A stretch of DNA of 64,000 nucleotides, taken from NCBI RefSeq assembly GCF_006345805.1, contig NC_043000.1, forward strand, positions 53,196,001 through 53,260,000, in the 5' to 3' direction. This document shows, piece after piece, positions 12,060-25,856 of the stretch. Position numbers and translations under genes: made by a program. The notes below the pieces were generated by a model. The model saw nothing but the letters and a program-made list of their open reading frames with translations. It did no database searches and had not been told where the DNA came from. Source of the stretch: Octopus sinensis (lineage: Eukaryota). How positions within the stretch are numbered: the first letter of the stretch is position 1; the number at the start of each line of letters is the position of its first letter.

Positions 12060-12735
12060 CTTTAGATATCCACTTGATTTTAATAAGACATAAAGTGCTA
12101 AAATCTTTCAGATGATATAACATGTTCCTAAGAAGCAAAACTGAAGCTCTACAGAACTTTTGTCCATTTGTCTATTCCATCACTTACACTCCCTAGTTGA
12201 TCAGGTTTTCTTTCTCTTTGATTCTGTTGTCACCCGGACATGCTACGTCGATTATCATGCATGTTCTTTCTTTTTTTATTTTCCAACACCACAATATCCG
12301 GTTGCCGATATCTTGCCAGGTGATCGCACTGATTTTTCTCAAAGGATTTCGCAATTTTCATTCTCGGTAACTCCTTCTCGGGTTTGATTATACTACGTCT
12401 TTGCTCTTTGTAGGACGTAATTTCCACAGAACTCTCAATGGTTCATTCTTGTCACATCGTCATGTTGTCTTTTGTATACGCATTGGGCCAATTTCTGGCA
12501 TTATCTAACAATGTGCCATACCGTTTCACTCCTCCAACCACAGATTCTGCATTTGTCGCTGTCGGTAGTGTTGTCTATTCTGCACTTCACATAGTCCTAA
12601 ACGCTTATTCTTGAGCTGCGCTTATCCCCATAGTTAGTCTTTAACGCTTGTTCTTGAGCTCCACATATAAGTGCTTCTGTCTCTATCTTCTGGTCACACC
12701 TTCTCATCCATAGCCACCGATCATCTGTATTTGTA
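12060..12735 (-). mobile_element. Decayed Dong/R4-clade non-LTR retrotransposon, C-terminus (CCHC knuckle and restriction-like endonuclease)
   Basis: Minus strand reads WMRRCDQKIETEALICGAQEQALKTNY / YVKCRIDNTTDSDKCRICGWRSETVWHIVR*CQKLAQCVYKRQHDDV...ENENCEIL* / QCDHLARYRQPDIVVLENKK. Several stops and frameshifts. Flanked by (ATT)n at 11934-12000 and 12812-12870. Confidence 0.82.
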
Positions 12736-12810
12736 TTGGCATATGTATGTCTTGCAAACTGATCGTATATTTGTTCCCTTCCAAGCTGTTTCTTTTTTAT
12801 GTTCTTTTCC

Positions 12811-12856
<46 letters not shown>

Positions 12857-12879
12857 TATTATTATTATTATTGTTTTAA

Positions 12880-12995
12880 TCTTTTACTTATTTCAGTCAT
12901 TTGACAGTGGCCATGCTGGAGCACCGCCTTTAGTCTAAGAAATCGACCCCAGGAATTATTCTTCACAAGCCTAGTACTTATTCTATCGGTTCTCT
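12880..12995 (-). mobile_element. 3' end of a type-B SINE (CORE/OR-like)
   Basis: ttcagtcatttgacagtggccatgctggagcaccgcctttagtc matches the copies at 35560, 43476 and 53422. Confidence 0.8.
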
Positions 12996-15900
12996 CAGTG
13001 GTCCATTAGCACTTGCAGATCCCTTATGTTATCCCATGACCACACATTATCTCTCATTAGCTCTTCTAAAGACACTTCCTTATATTGCATAATGAAACTA
13101 ACGAACAGTCATACATCAACGCCGTTACAGAAGTTCTTATTCCCAGGTACAGGAATGTATTGCATAGGCATGTGTGTCAATTGTTGTTTTTGTATTGCCT
13201 GAGTCTTCGGCTTCAACGGTTCAACACATGCTGAAGTATATTTACCATATTTTCAGAGGATATCTACTCAGTTGCCATAATATGTGTATGTATATGCATT
13301 TATGTTTGTGTGTGTGTGTGTTTGTGTGTATGCATGTATGTTTAACTCTCTCTCTCCCCTTTATATTTCCTCAAATAGAAAAGAAATTCTGTCTAGGTCT
13401 TACAGATTTATCTTAACTATAATTTTCTTGGATCTGTGCTAAGTCTAAAAGTTATGTTTGGTCAGAATCCTTTGCTGCTTGATTCACCATCACACAACTA
13501 TTCTAAGATAGATTATAGATTTCATATCCTACACGAGCCGACGCAAACTTTGAAACAACCTGTATGTGTGCGTAAGATTTATTTTATCTATTAATAGTTT
13601 ACAAAACCGTTCGGAATATCAAGCTCTGAATGGATATATTTTGGTGATATTGAGATTGATGTAAGTTGCAGCATTTTATTTGTTCATAGCATATATTTAG
13701 GTTCATTGTGGGATCTGTTTGCTTAATTATGGCTTTAGTACATTGGGGCTTGCACTTCATCGGTCTGTGTGACTGTTTGAATTGTGAGTCATATTCTTTG
13801 TTGGATGTGATTGTAATTCACATGCTTTGCAAACTATGCATTGTAGCGTCGGCTGATGAATGTGCAGACTATATTCAGAGTCGGTTGTGTTATGCTATTC
13901 GGTGACGGTGAGGTTTAAGTAGTAGATGAACTGTGTTCTTATAGTGTCAGTTTCTAATAATGTAATAAAAAGGATATATATTATTTTAATGGAGAGGGAT
14001 TGCATAGACACGAGTTGTATATGCTGTTATTTTGTACAATTGTGATCCTTTGAGTGAGATTGTATTCATCTTTTTTTTTTGGACATTAAGACGTGTATGT
14101 GTTTGTCAGTTTACAGTGTGAACTTTGATATTAAATTTAATTATTCTAGATAGGATGGAAAATATACCTAATGAAATAAATGTTTGACTTGTGTAGAACT
14201 ACAAATTCTTGTATATATCTGAATATTGTATTCATATTATTCTCTATCATATATAATGATCCAGTCATTTTTGCAACTGACTTCTTTTATTTACCTTACA
14301 TTCTACTATTTTAGATTCAAGATTCTTGAACTTAGGTAGTTTCTTCACCTCCCTCCTGGTGATATTTTGATCAAAAAGTATCAAATTTATCATTACATTT
14401 CTTCATTGGTATATTTATTATAAATGTAGGTAGATAGTTGTCATGTACCATATCTGGTTCATGTTTATACTACCTAGTATCTGTGTGCACATCGGCATCT
14501 ATATCTATATCTATCGGCATGTATAACTTTGTAAATATATGGTTACATCTTGCATTATGCATATCACGTATATCTTGTGTACGTAAATATCCATATAAGC
14601 GCGCTCTTCATTTCCTTGAAATTACTTGCCTTAAATCATATATATGGATAAACAAATTTTTCTTTTGACATTCGTTGAAAAAGATTAATTTTTATTTCAT
14701 TCAGATTTCAGTGAGCATTCAAATATATGCCATAGGCATAAGCAAATGATATCACTGGAATACGAATTTCGTGTAGATATATCAAATGCTATTTTATTTG
14801 CACTTTAAATGTGATTTGTGATAACGTTTTTTTTTACTTCTTAATGAATATTTGATACAAATGCTACATTAAAGAAAGTCTATTCCATCGTTATTTGTTT
14901 CGTGATGTGGAGCAATTCACACGTTATACACTATCTTCGCTTTATTATTTTACTACCTAAGCATATTCGTTTTCTTTCTCTTTATAATTAATGACGTAAA
15001 CCTGACAAGTGTTTTTTTTATGTTATTTATCATTAAAGAATCAATGCTTAAACAATCTCATTGGTACAATTTCTTCTACTGATGATCAGAGAAAGTTTAA
15101 CTGAGATAAGATTTTGAAAAGACTTTTCGTAATTGAAAAAGAATATAAGGTTTGCTATCCTGTTTGTTTTGAATAACCAACCGACCATATAATTATGAGA
15201 GTATAGTCAGAAAGGATTCCTAATCAATTCACATAATCTGCTAGACTTAAATAGTCTCTTTCTCTCTTGATGTGAGCTAATGATAACCTCACTAAACTAT
15301 TAATTAAACGTGGGTACAATTTTTTAATGTAACTTAAAAGAAAAGTTTATTATATTCGAGTGGGATAATCGTTTATTCAGATAACACAACTCACATATTT
15401 CTTATCCACGACAAATGGTTATAAGTGAATTTACATGTACGTTTCGAGAATTTATAATAACCTGGGAAAATATATTTAGTTTGTTGAGTTTAGAACGTTT
15501 AAGGAATAACATTTGAGAAATTAGTGTAAGATGTTAATTTCAATGTGAAATGGAAATTAGCCATTTATAAGCTAATGAAAAGCATAGGGAAAAGCTTCAG
15601 AATGAGATTATAATGATATAATTGCATAAACATTAAAGAGAAGGGAGGAAAGGAAAAGGGAAAATAGCATCTAGTTACAGAATGATTAGATGATAAACTG
15701 GGATATGTTAAAAATATTTGTAGAAGAGGGATACGCACATATCCAAAAACTATACTATCAGTCTCTACGGGCATAAACACAATATATATTTCTGAGTATC
15801 TATACCCAAATATGTAAGATTGATTTATCCGTGGATATTCATAGACAACACGCTTCAAACTAATCATCAATATATATCCTCGGTTGCACATTACTTAAAA

Positions 15901-16219
15901 TCTACCTTCTCTCCGCAGTGCACAGATCACAACTCTTGCCGAAAATTTTTATTGTTCAATCATCCAAAAGTTAGAATTTATCTTTGAGAGACCAGATATG
16001 ATTAAAGAGTCTTTATATATAAATTCGTTTATCAACCTTGCCGAAATAAGGAAAATATTAAGTATCTTGTTGAATTGTTTTCTGCCATACCAATATAGCT
16101 GAACTGTTAATTGAAAATTGCTGATTTTTTAATCTATTGAATTAATCTCTGTCTTTTTATGGTAACGTCTGCATTACAGCATGCATTCCGAGTGTGTTTT
16201 TACATGGGTAACCGCCCTC

Positions 16220-17150
16220 AGTACACGGGTTGAGTTTATGTAATAACACATCATTCATATCTGATCTGCAGCAAGGATTTGACTTCTGGTTGCATTTATT
16301 GAAAGGATTCATATAACTATGATTAGTAGAAAAGTATTTTCGATCAAACAAGGACGTTTTTGATATGTTTGACTGAATGTCTAGCTTTCAGAGAAAGTTA
16401 GCTGACAAAGAGGACTGGAAGTCATCTGTATATGGAAGAAGATAGTTACCTGTATCATGATTTTGTCGCACCGGGTATCAAAACGTTGTCATCAAACACT
16501 TGCTTTATGCTCTCTGAAAACTGTAAGAATTCTAAGACGTGACATAGGCAGCTGCAATGGAGACTCGCAGACAACGAAGCCTTACCCAACAGCAGAGGAT
16601 ACAGTAGTCCTTTTCACTATGATTGCACACCGATAATCAAGCCGATACTTTTGAACAGAGCCTTAGGCTCTCTTCAAGCTCCTGGAACCAAGCATGGTTG
16701 GAGAATTTTGATGCTAGAAGGCCATATGCGCATCAGCAATATTCGGCTCCTTGTCATACTTCCAGAAAGAGCCACAGGCAACTTCAGAGAGTATCCACGA
16801 CTTAACCAGTCCCAATTTCAAGTCTCCTAATTCCTCCGACTGGAAACCCAAGGATTACTATATGTGGGGAGCTCTATGAAAAACATCACGGCCAAGCTGT
16901 TGGCCAAGATTGAGGAGGCGTTTGAATATCTCCTCAGGGCACATTGAAGAGCGCTTTTGCCAGGTTGCTGAGCTGTCTTCAGGCCATGGAGGAAAATAAG
17001 GACGGTTACTTTGAGGAAACCGATTTTCTCCCAGCCATAATCTCGTTGATATTTAAAAACTTCTTTTTAGTACTTTTATGTTTGGATGGGATAATATGTT
17101 TTCTTTTCCTTTTATGCAAACAATCAAATTTAACCCGAACACCCTGTGTT
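16220..17150 (+). mobile_element. Decayed Tc1/mariner-superfamily element, C-terminal part of the catalytic domain
   Basis: QQYSAPCHTSRKS (from QQDxAPxH), frameshifted remnants of WPPNSPDxNPxDYYxWG (cctaattcctccgactggaaacccaaggattactatatgtggggagc) and the end ...EENKDGYFE. Weak TIR-like ends near 16220 and 17130-17148. Confidence 0.75.
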
Positions 17151-17977
17151 TGTATTATGAAATCAAAACGTTTGTTGCTTGAAAGTACGATCTTAGGTAA
17201 TATCAGTTTGTAATATAGTTAGCCGATTTCCACGGCTGATTTTAGAGTTCGCAAAACTTTACATATGATTAGGCAAAAATTTCCCGAGGTGAAACCCCCA
17301 TTAAATTTATTCTAGATATAAAATCCTACACGACTGAATTATACTAGCTCCATCAAATGCTCCCTTGTTATAATTCTCGCTGTATCAGAGTATCCGCACG
17401 TATCCAATCCATGCCCGTCGCTAAGCGGGTGTACTAGACGGCACTATCCCTTCACTATTCAATGGTGCACCCTCAGATTTTCTCCATTTTAGTGACTCCA
17501 CTTTAGAATTATTATAAATTAGTGCCCACCCAGGACATTCTGAAGTCACCAAAGTATGGTGACGAACCTTATCCCATTAGATCTTTTTGATCAATAGATA
17601 TTTTATCGGGAAGCAGATACGTCTCAATACATTTATATTATATAAACCATAGTGTTATAAACTATAATACTATCTAGTCGTTTAAGAGACAACTCTTTTA
17701 GAGATTGACATCTAAAATTCAACATTGTCAAATTCAGTCAATTTGGTGTTCTCGTTATAAATAACGTCAATGAACAAAGAGATTTATGAAGTTATTGATA
17801 CTTCATTGGTCACAATTCGTAGTTTTCATAAGGTTATTAATCTTCTTTGAAATTCTTTTGCTTCCCTCTTCCATGTTAGTCGCCCGCTCAATTTTGTATA
17901 AAATTCGGTTAAAAAACTAACTCTAGTGTGTCATTTACATTTACAACCGAATTGTTATTGCTGTATCACCCACTCTC

Positions 17978-18020
<43 letters not shown>

Positions 18021-18496
18021 AAGTGAGTGTGTATGTATGTGCATCCGTGTGTAGGAGGGTGCCTGAAGGTTTTTAACATATAAACCATTAAAAAACATAC
18101 AGTTTTCGCTTATAAATAGATTCTAAATCGAAACAACACACTTTTCTTTGCAGAAAGAAACTATAAACATCTTGAATAGATGGAACCAAATACTATCTTC
18201 TCATCAAGAACATTAAGTAATTTAGAACTACATAAAAGAATTAAAAATAAAACGCTATGTGTATTGCCGGATGATTTTCTCAAGTGCATATCAGTACATT
18301 CAGTTGCAGAGGCTTTAAAATCAAGTCTCAAATATTAGTATAGCCTTTTGGGAGGAATTGGTAATGGTTTTAAGCAAGTAATTTGATAAATACATACATA
18401 TATGCATAAACACAGACATAGACACACAGAGAAAGACACACACACATATATATCACAGACACGCACACGTACCACACACACGCATGCATATACACA

Positions 18497-18539
<43 letters not shown>

Positions 18540-21500
18540 TCTGCCACTTTGAAAAGTATGCATATGTTTAAACTACAGAGTACTCTGCGTATCATCAAGA
18601 GCATCAGCTCGTATTCGCCCTCTATGTAGAAGTTTCGAGTTACTTGCAGATACGCTCCAAGTATGCGTTGATTTTAATCACTTTCCTATAAGTATATTCG
18701 TCAATACTGATATATTGTAAATAAGACCACATGCGTATGCTTAATATACATATATTCAATCATGCAGTATAAACAGATCTTAGCTTTCTCTCCAGGCAAG
18801 GCAAACATGTGAGGCGGTCGGCTAATTGCGGATTTTTATTGCAGTATCATAGGTAATATCTAATCGTGCTCATCCTAAAGCCATGAAACCCCATTGTATC
18901 ACTTACACATCATTCTATAAGTACCAGGTGGTGATTTTAATCATAACCATACCAATATATGCGCTGGCAGAGAGTATAGATTTAGATATCTAAGTTCTAA
19001 AACAGCGTATGTGTGAATAAATTGTATTTTGACGTTCATATGTGTGATAAACAGGCATTTAGCCATGCCATTTATGTAGAACGTATTAGCGAACAAGACT
19101 TCACTCAAAGAAAATCTAGTTTAAATTCCATTTGTTATTAGTGTCATATTGACATTTTGTAGTCGATTTCGTTCAACAGAAAGTCGAAGCAGGTTATAGC
19201 AATTTGCAAAACTGCCATGAGCATTCAGTCTTTCGCATATCTGCGTGAATAATTTAATTTTAGTGCTGAATAATTGTGTATACAGCAATTGTGGGTAAGT
19301 TGACATGCACACCTTTTATGACCATACATTCAGCATCAGTAAGTAAGTAGTCCCTGGGGATATAGCAGAAATCGCTCTCTCCTTGCCTTTCCCATTCTCT
19401 ATTTCCTTCTTTCTCCCCTTCACTCCCCTCTCCCCCTCTCCGCATCTGTTTATTTCTCTGCAGAGCAAACTGAGGAGTGCTCAACTGATTTCTTCTTTCT
19501 CTCCCTTGCTCTTTCTCACTCTGTGCAAAAGCAAATGATAAATGCGCAACAACTTTCGGAATGTTATAAATTTTCATGTGTGTTTACTTATGTATATCCT
19601 GCATAGAGGGGAAACATCTTACAGCTATGCCAAAAAATTACATGGAAGATTAGACTGGCGCTGACATGATATATTTGCCCATAAAATAACTAAATTATTA
19701 TAAAAATGTTTGTGCGGTTATAACGTAGGTAAGTTCCCATATGCATATTTGGCACACATATTCTGCTTTGCGATGTAAATATATCTTATAATCTTTCTCT
19801 TTCACTGTTTATCTCTAACTCTCTCATTCTCTTTCACCCTGTCTGTATCTTTATCTCTCTCCATTTCCATCACTTTGCGAATGAACTGGGGACACCTCGA
19901 ACAATCTCGACTGTTTGCCGTATTGTGAATATATTTTTGCTTTAAAGTTAAATTTGTAATGAATATGTTAGAGAATATTCCTCTGACACAAAATCAAAAG
20001 CATTTTGCAACACATTATTAAGTTATGAGTCTCACTTGCTTCTTGGTGATCAGTCATACTGTAATTACATATAACGTAGGCATGCACCCTCAACGTTTCG
20101 AAGCAAGGTGCGGTTGATCAACTTGAATCGACGCACGTGTACATCATTTTATCAACACCATCTGGGTGAAAGCCATGTAAAAATCGTAGCCACTGGTATC
20201 AATTCCTTTTTATGATAGACTACTAATTCTGCCATTCACCGACCTGACCAGATGTATAACGATACCACTAAATACTACCATCTAATCACTTAACAGTTGT
20301 ATTTTCACCACAGTAAAACCGGGGTCGTCTCTGAATAGTAATGTTCAACTTCTAATGTTTTAATTTTTCCAGTATTTATTGTAGTTTCGCGATATAGGGA
20401 ATACTTTTTCATAAAACCATGTTGTTTTCTGTTACTTTTATTTGAGTTTTTAACTATTTACTAGCGGGACCCGTGAATATTTCACGGAATTAATGGTAAA
20501 CCTATTGCATTATTTCCGAAAACTTTATCCAAAAAACCTGAAAGCGTAGCCAGTATTGTGTCTGTATGGAAAGGGAGTCACTCATATGCCATTCATTGAA
20601 AAGCAAAGAAATTGGAATACGATGATTACTTAATGTACTTTAAATACACACTTTATGTACTTTATGCACAGTTTTATAGACTTAATAAACAGCACTCATA
20701 AGATAAATAGTCACACTTACTTTTCCAGTTTTCCCATAAGCATAAAAATATATCCCGTACATATGATACAACCTTTAGTTAAATTGCATATATCTACCAC
20801 GTAAATAAGCGTGAATATTTCAGAGACTTACGCTTATGCGCATGCGTTAAGTAATAGGTGATATAAAAAAAACCTAGTTCAATTTTTAAAACATACAATT
20901 TTCACTATTCAATCACCACCACCTCCACCACCTCTCTCTTCTGTCTCTGTCTCTGTCTGTCTCTCTCACTCTCTCTGCCTTTCTTTATCCTCAGCATCAG
21001 AAATTCAACACCGAGCTAAAATTATATTTTTAACTCTCCTCCTCTACCTTCACCTGACTTTTTAAACCACGTAATAAATACTACGTTCCCCCTACTTCAC
21101 GTCATAGACGCATCTTTCTCCCACTTTCTGTCACATTCTTTGCCTTATCCTCTTTTTCTCTCTCCTTTTACTTTCTCCTTTCTTTCGCTTCAACTAATCA
21201 CATGAAAGCGTTACAATTACATTTCCTCTACCTCCCGCCATGGACACTTCTCTCTCCTTGTTCTTCTTCCCTCTTTTTCTCTCTCCCACTTTTCTTTCTC
21301 TTTTTCTCTACTCATGTGAAGGCGTTGCCGACGCAATGACACGAAGAATCACTATAAGATTCTCGGGCTAGCCTATATTACCTCAATGTTGTGTTAGCGT
21401 TTCAAAATCTGTAGTTGGTTACCTATAGTTTGTTTCTTTCTGCCACAATATAATTTGCGTTTTCTTGAAATAAACCAATGTTTATTTTAGCAATAAATCT

Positions 21501-24019
21501 TACAACTGTGACTGTCTGATTGCTGTCTGAGGTATAAATCTAAATCCGTTTATAATTGTAAATACACAGCAAACTTTGTTTGTCATCCGTTCCGACTTAT
21601 GTGCTTTTCATTTGCTTAAAAGTAATGAAGCAGACTGTTTGCTGATCTATAATCTCATATTTTACCTCTATTTATGCAGTTTCTCTGTCGGAATCGATGA
21701 AATACAATAAGACCCATTTTTTATAATTTTTCCATTAAATTGTCATTATTCTTCAAACTTCTATAACCTCTAATGAGTGGGTGAGATGTAGCCGAGTATG
21801 TGAATTGATTTACACTATCTGAACCAGCCCTATGTTTCTCGAAGAATTTACAAACGACTGATGATTTTGATTGCAAAAAGTAAAGTTATTTTAAATGCAT
21901 GAAACATACCAGACCACATTACGTATGACATAACAATTACCTAACTTTTCTTTTAAAATATGGCCTTTAATATTACATCAAATAATTGTTAAATATGTAG
22001 CATTAGAGGCACAATTTGGAATTTCCACGTTTTCTGTAAATCGGAATTCTCAATATTTGTATGAAAGGAAATGACATATATGCTGCATATGTTATTAAAT
22101 GCATGAGGTTCATTCTGTACTCACCCTCACTATTAGCGAATCTGCTCTGCATTCAAATGGACAGCGCTCATTTCCGCGTGAGTGAAGATATCGTTAATAT
22201 TTTCATCTCTAACTGAAACTACAATAGTCGATTTCGTGATTTAACACTTACATATAGATGAAGCGTTAATGCATGTTCAGTAACGGTACCGATGACAGAA
22301 ATGAATTCTTCAGCATCAGCAACTCATTTCTTATAAGATACATCTAGATATTAATGATAGTTTGTAATACGTTGGAACCTCCATTAAAGCATGTAGCAAG
22401 TATAAATGTTTCCTGTCTTAAGTGATATTCATTACAAAGAATGTCAAGGTCTACTGATCAAACTTATGAATGAGTGAGGTGCTCATAATCATTCGGTTTC
22501 TCCTACTGCTTTCAGATAAATAATTGTTACAGTGTTGCATTGAAAAGTTTTCGCTTTCTATTGACATTTCGATATAACCAATGTAACATTCGTTTATAGA
22601 CACAGATATACATCCGCGTTTATATCTTCATACTGACAAGTATATACGTACGCAATATGCAAATAAGTATCATTTTACATTTAAATGCCGAAATATGCAC
22701 ACCCGTGTTGATCTATCAGTCCTCATTTCCTCACATATAATCTTCTCTCTCATATACTACAGATTTATCTATAGTAAATTCAATTCAACTATATGTGATT
22801 ATGCTATGTAGCAAAGTAGATTCGCGTTAGTAAGACCTAATTTAATCACTGATAGTTCTGAGTATCCCTGCAAACCACATACATGTCAATCCTCATACCT
22901 AATCACGAAACAGTTCAAATTCAAGTAAACTTGTTTATAAATGCTTATCTAGAAATTTGCACACCATACATAATGTGCAAATCCTTCCTAGATTTGGTAT
23001 CTACTTAAATTCTCAATTCAGTTGATTACATACTATAGAAGATTATCTTATTATATGTATACTTATATTTGTTAGTAACTCACATTACAAAAATCATAAT
23101 TAAACAAGTAACTAGGGGTGTTTAGATCTGCCGGAAGCCATGTGCAACAACTTTAGGTGCAAAGTCTCCGACCTGCTAGAAATAGAAATCACATGCCTGG
23201 GTGAGAAATCTTCACCTCCCATATATAAACGACTGAATAAAACAAACGCTCACTGATGTTGTGGATAGCCCCTCCGTCATAATAAAAATCCGGAATATGC
23301 AATTGAGTCAGTATCAAGTTAAAATAAGCATGTATATGTTAAACTTAATATATATACCCCATCGGTAGGCCAGTTACTGCCGTATTCTCCTTGAGATATT
23401 GTCTTTTATGAAAGTGCAAAGTTAGAATCACAATAACTATTAGAGGGGGACGAAAAGTTACCCCATCAGAGGCAACCAAGACTATGAAATGGATTTCAGC
23501 CTCTTAGGAACTTTTCAAATACGTGTACACACAGCCAGCCATAAGAACCCACAAATCCTGGATATGCAAGTGACTGAAAAGTCCAAATAAGCCGAAGGAT
23601 ACCTGGCTTTCATATATCATTAATATTTTTTGCTTTTTTCTGAGGATGTTTCATCATAAACAGGTCACATTTCTGCTCCGATAGCAGATGCTTCTTCATA
23701 ATAGTTTAGCTGTTTCCTGAAAGCAAACTTTTTTCCTAGAGCTTCTCTCAGAATCTACTTCGATATCCTCTTTGCATTTTGTAATACTCCTGCGATTTGA
23801 TATTTACTTTAGTTTCTTTATTTTCCATATCCTAATGATTTCATACTTCAACTCATAATTTTTTGTTCTGCTTCTTCAACGAGACCTGTCTTAAGAATGT
23901 CAGATTTACTGTTTACTAAGCACTTTTGTTGATTGGATTGATTAGTCAGTGTTGGACTTGGAGATAAGAACAACACCGGCCCCAAAATTACAAGCGCTAA
24001 TGCTGCTGCATATTTAAAA

Positions 24020-24144
24020 GTAGTAGTGCTAGTAGTAGTAGTTGTAGTAGTAATAGTAGTAGTAGTAGTAGTTGCAGAAGCAGTAGTTGTAGTAGTAGCA
24101 GCAGCAGTAGCAGTAGTAGTAGTAGTAGCAGCAGCAGCAGTAGC

Positions 24145-24209
<65 letters not shown>

Positions 24210-24235
24210 TAGTAGTAGTAACAACAGCTGTTGCA
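24020..24235. repeat. Compound (GTA)n/(GCA)n microsatellite
   Basis: Direct reading. It generates spurious homopolymer ORFs on both strands. Confidence 0.95.
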
Positions 24236-24644
24236 ATAGCAAACCAAGAATGCTTGAAAATTTTCTGTAATGTGTTAACGAAATATAAGTACAATGTATG
24301 TAGCCTGTCGTCTTTGCTTCAGTTTCAAATATAAACTGAAACGCTTATTGCTAGAAATTATATTTGATTTTGAACATTTAAATTCCAAAAAAACAATTAT
24401 TAATTATTGAAATGAAATATCCCAGCAAGAGGTGATAGTCACAAACAAAAATGCAAGGAGAAAAGGAAATGGGTTCAGTGACGTTCGTAAAGACAAAATA
24501 AAATTAGGACTACATCAGCTGTGCGACACGTTCTGATCGTTTAGAAATATTTGACTCTCTTAACTCGAACTGCTGCAAATGAAAATAAAAGACAATGTTG
24601 TGTTCAGAATACATTATGCAACATTTAATATTATCAGTAAGCAG

Positions 24645-24850
24645 TTAGCAGAATCGTTAGAACGCCGGAGAAATGTTTAACGGCATTTCTACCGGCTTTA
24701 CCTTCTGATTTCAAATACTGCCAAGTTCAACTTTACTTGTTCTCATTTCGGAGTCTATAAAATAAGTACCAGTCGAGTATGGGGTCGATATAATCGACTA
24801 GCTCCCTTCACGAAAATTTCAGACCTTTTACATATAGTAGAAAGAAGAAA
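24645..24850 (+). mobile_element. Old type-A SINE
   Basis: agcagttagcagaatcgttagaacgccggag...ggagtctataaaataagtaccagtcgagtatggggtcgatataatcgac. Confidence 0.8.
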
Positions 24851-25257
24851 ATGATATGTCTATCCGTACACGAAACAAGGAATGCGTGACTGTGTAAATA
24901 TCCTCTTAAATTTTCGTCTAATTGATTTTGCTTTTCATATACCCAAAGATTTCCGCTTGTACACACATATAATTTGCTACTGAAGTCAAGTTATAAAGTA
25001 AAATAATTGATGTACGTGTCTGAATTTGTTAGGTTTGACACATTGCGGATCACTTCAGCGAAACCTATGCGAATCAACCAAGGAAACAAGACAGATGAAA
25101 AGGTATATAATTGGGAAATATCACTGCAGTCAGAGCAAAATAACAATTGCTATAGTTTCTTTACTGAAAGAGAAGCAAATTTGAAATTGCAAGTAGGTAT
25201 AATACAATAACATTAGTAACGGAGGTAAGGCTGCAAGTTGACAGAATTCTTAGCAAG

Positions 25258-25856
25258 GCGGCGAGCTGGCAGAAACGTTACCACGCCGGGTGAAATGCGT
25301 AGCCATATTTCGTCTGTCGTTACGTTCTGAGTTCAAATTCCACCGAGATCGACTTTGCCTTTCATCCTTTCGGAGTCGATAAATTAAGTTCCAGTTACGC
25401 ACCGGGGACGATGTAATCGACTTAATCCGTTTGTCTGTCCTTGTTTGTCCTCTCTGTGTTTAGCCCCTTGTGGGTAGTAAAGAAATAGGTATTTTGTCTG
25501 CCGTTACGATCAAAGTTCAAATTCCGCTGAGGTCAACTTTGCCTTTCATCCTTTCGGGGTCGATTAAATAAGTACCAGCTATGCACCGGGGACGATGTAA
25601 TCGACTTAATCCGTTTGTCTGTCCTTGTTTGTCCTCTCTGTGTTTAGCCCCTTGTAGGTAGTAAAGAAATAGGTATCTCATCTGCCGCTACGTTCCGAGT
25701 TCAAATTCCACCGAGGTCGACTTTGCCTTTCATCATTTCGGGGTCGATTAAATAAGTACCAGCTACGCACTGGGGTCAATGTAATCGACTTAATCCGTTT
25801 GTCTGTTCTTGTTTGTTCCCTCTATGTTTAGCCACTTGTGGGCAGTAAAGAAATGG
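25258..25856 (+). mobile_element. Young type-A SINE trimer (one full monomer plus two 184-bp headless monomers) nested in an older type-A SINE
   Basis: Monomers restart at 25488 and 25672 after aaagaaata. gaattcttagcaag occurs at 25244-25257 and 25857-25870. The host SINE (about 25225-26050) reads continuously when the trimer is removed. Confidence 0.88.

Noticed and set aside
19625-19729. Exon candidate ending TAG|GTAAGT, and a similar one at about 28684-28934
   Set aside because: The first has stops in all three frames. The second has stops in the frames I read and no recognisable product. Nothing beyond the splice-like words supports either.
23848-24334. 148-aa poly-Thr/Ala ORF resembling a mucin or antifreeze protein, plus overlapping poly-Val/Leu/Tyr ORFs
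   Set aside because: Explained by a (GTA/GCA)n microsatellite that is open in several frames on both strands. The adjoining unique sequence has stops and no convincing exon structure.
25258-25856. tRNA gene cluster
   Set aside because: The tRNA-like heads lack a complete cloverleaf and run into SINE cores and tails. No bona fide tRNA gene was recognised in the window.
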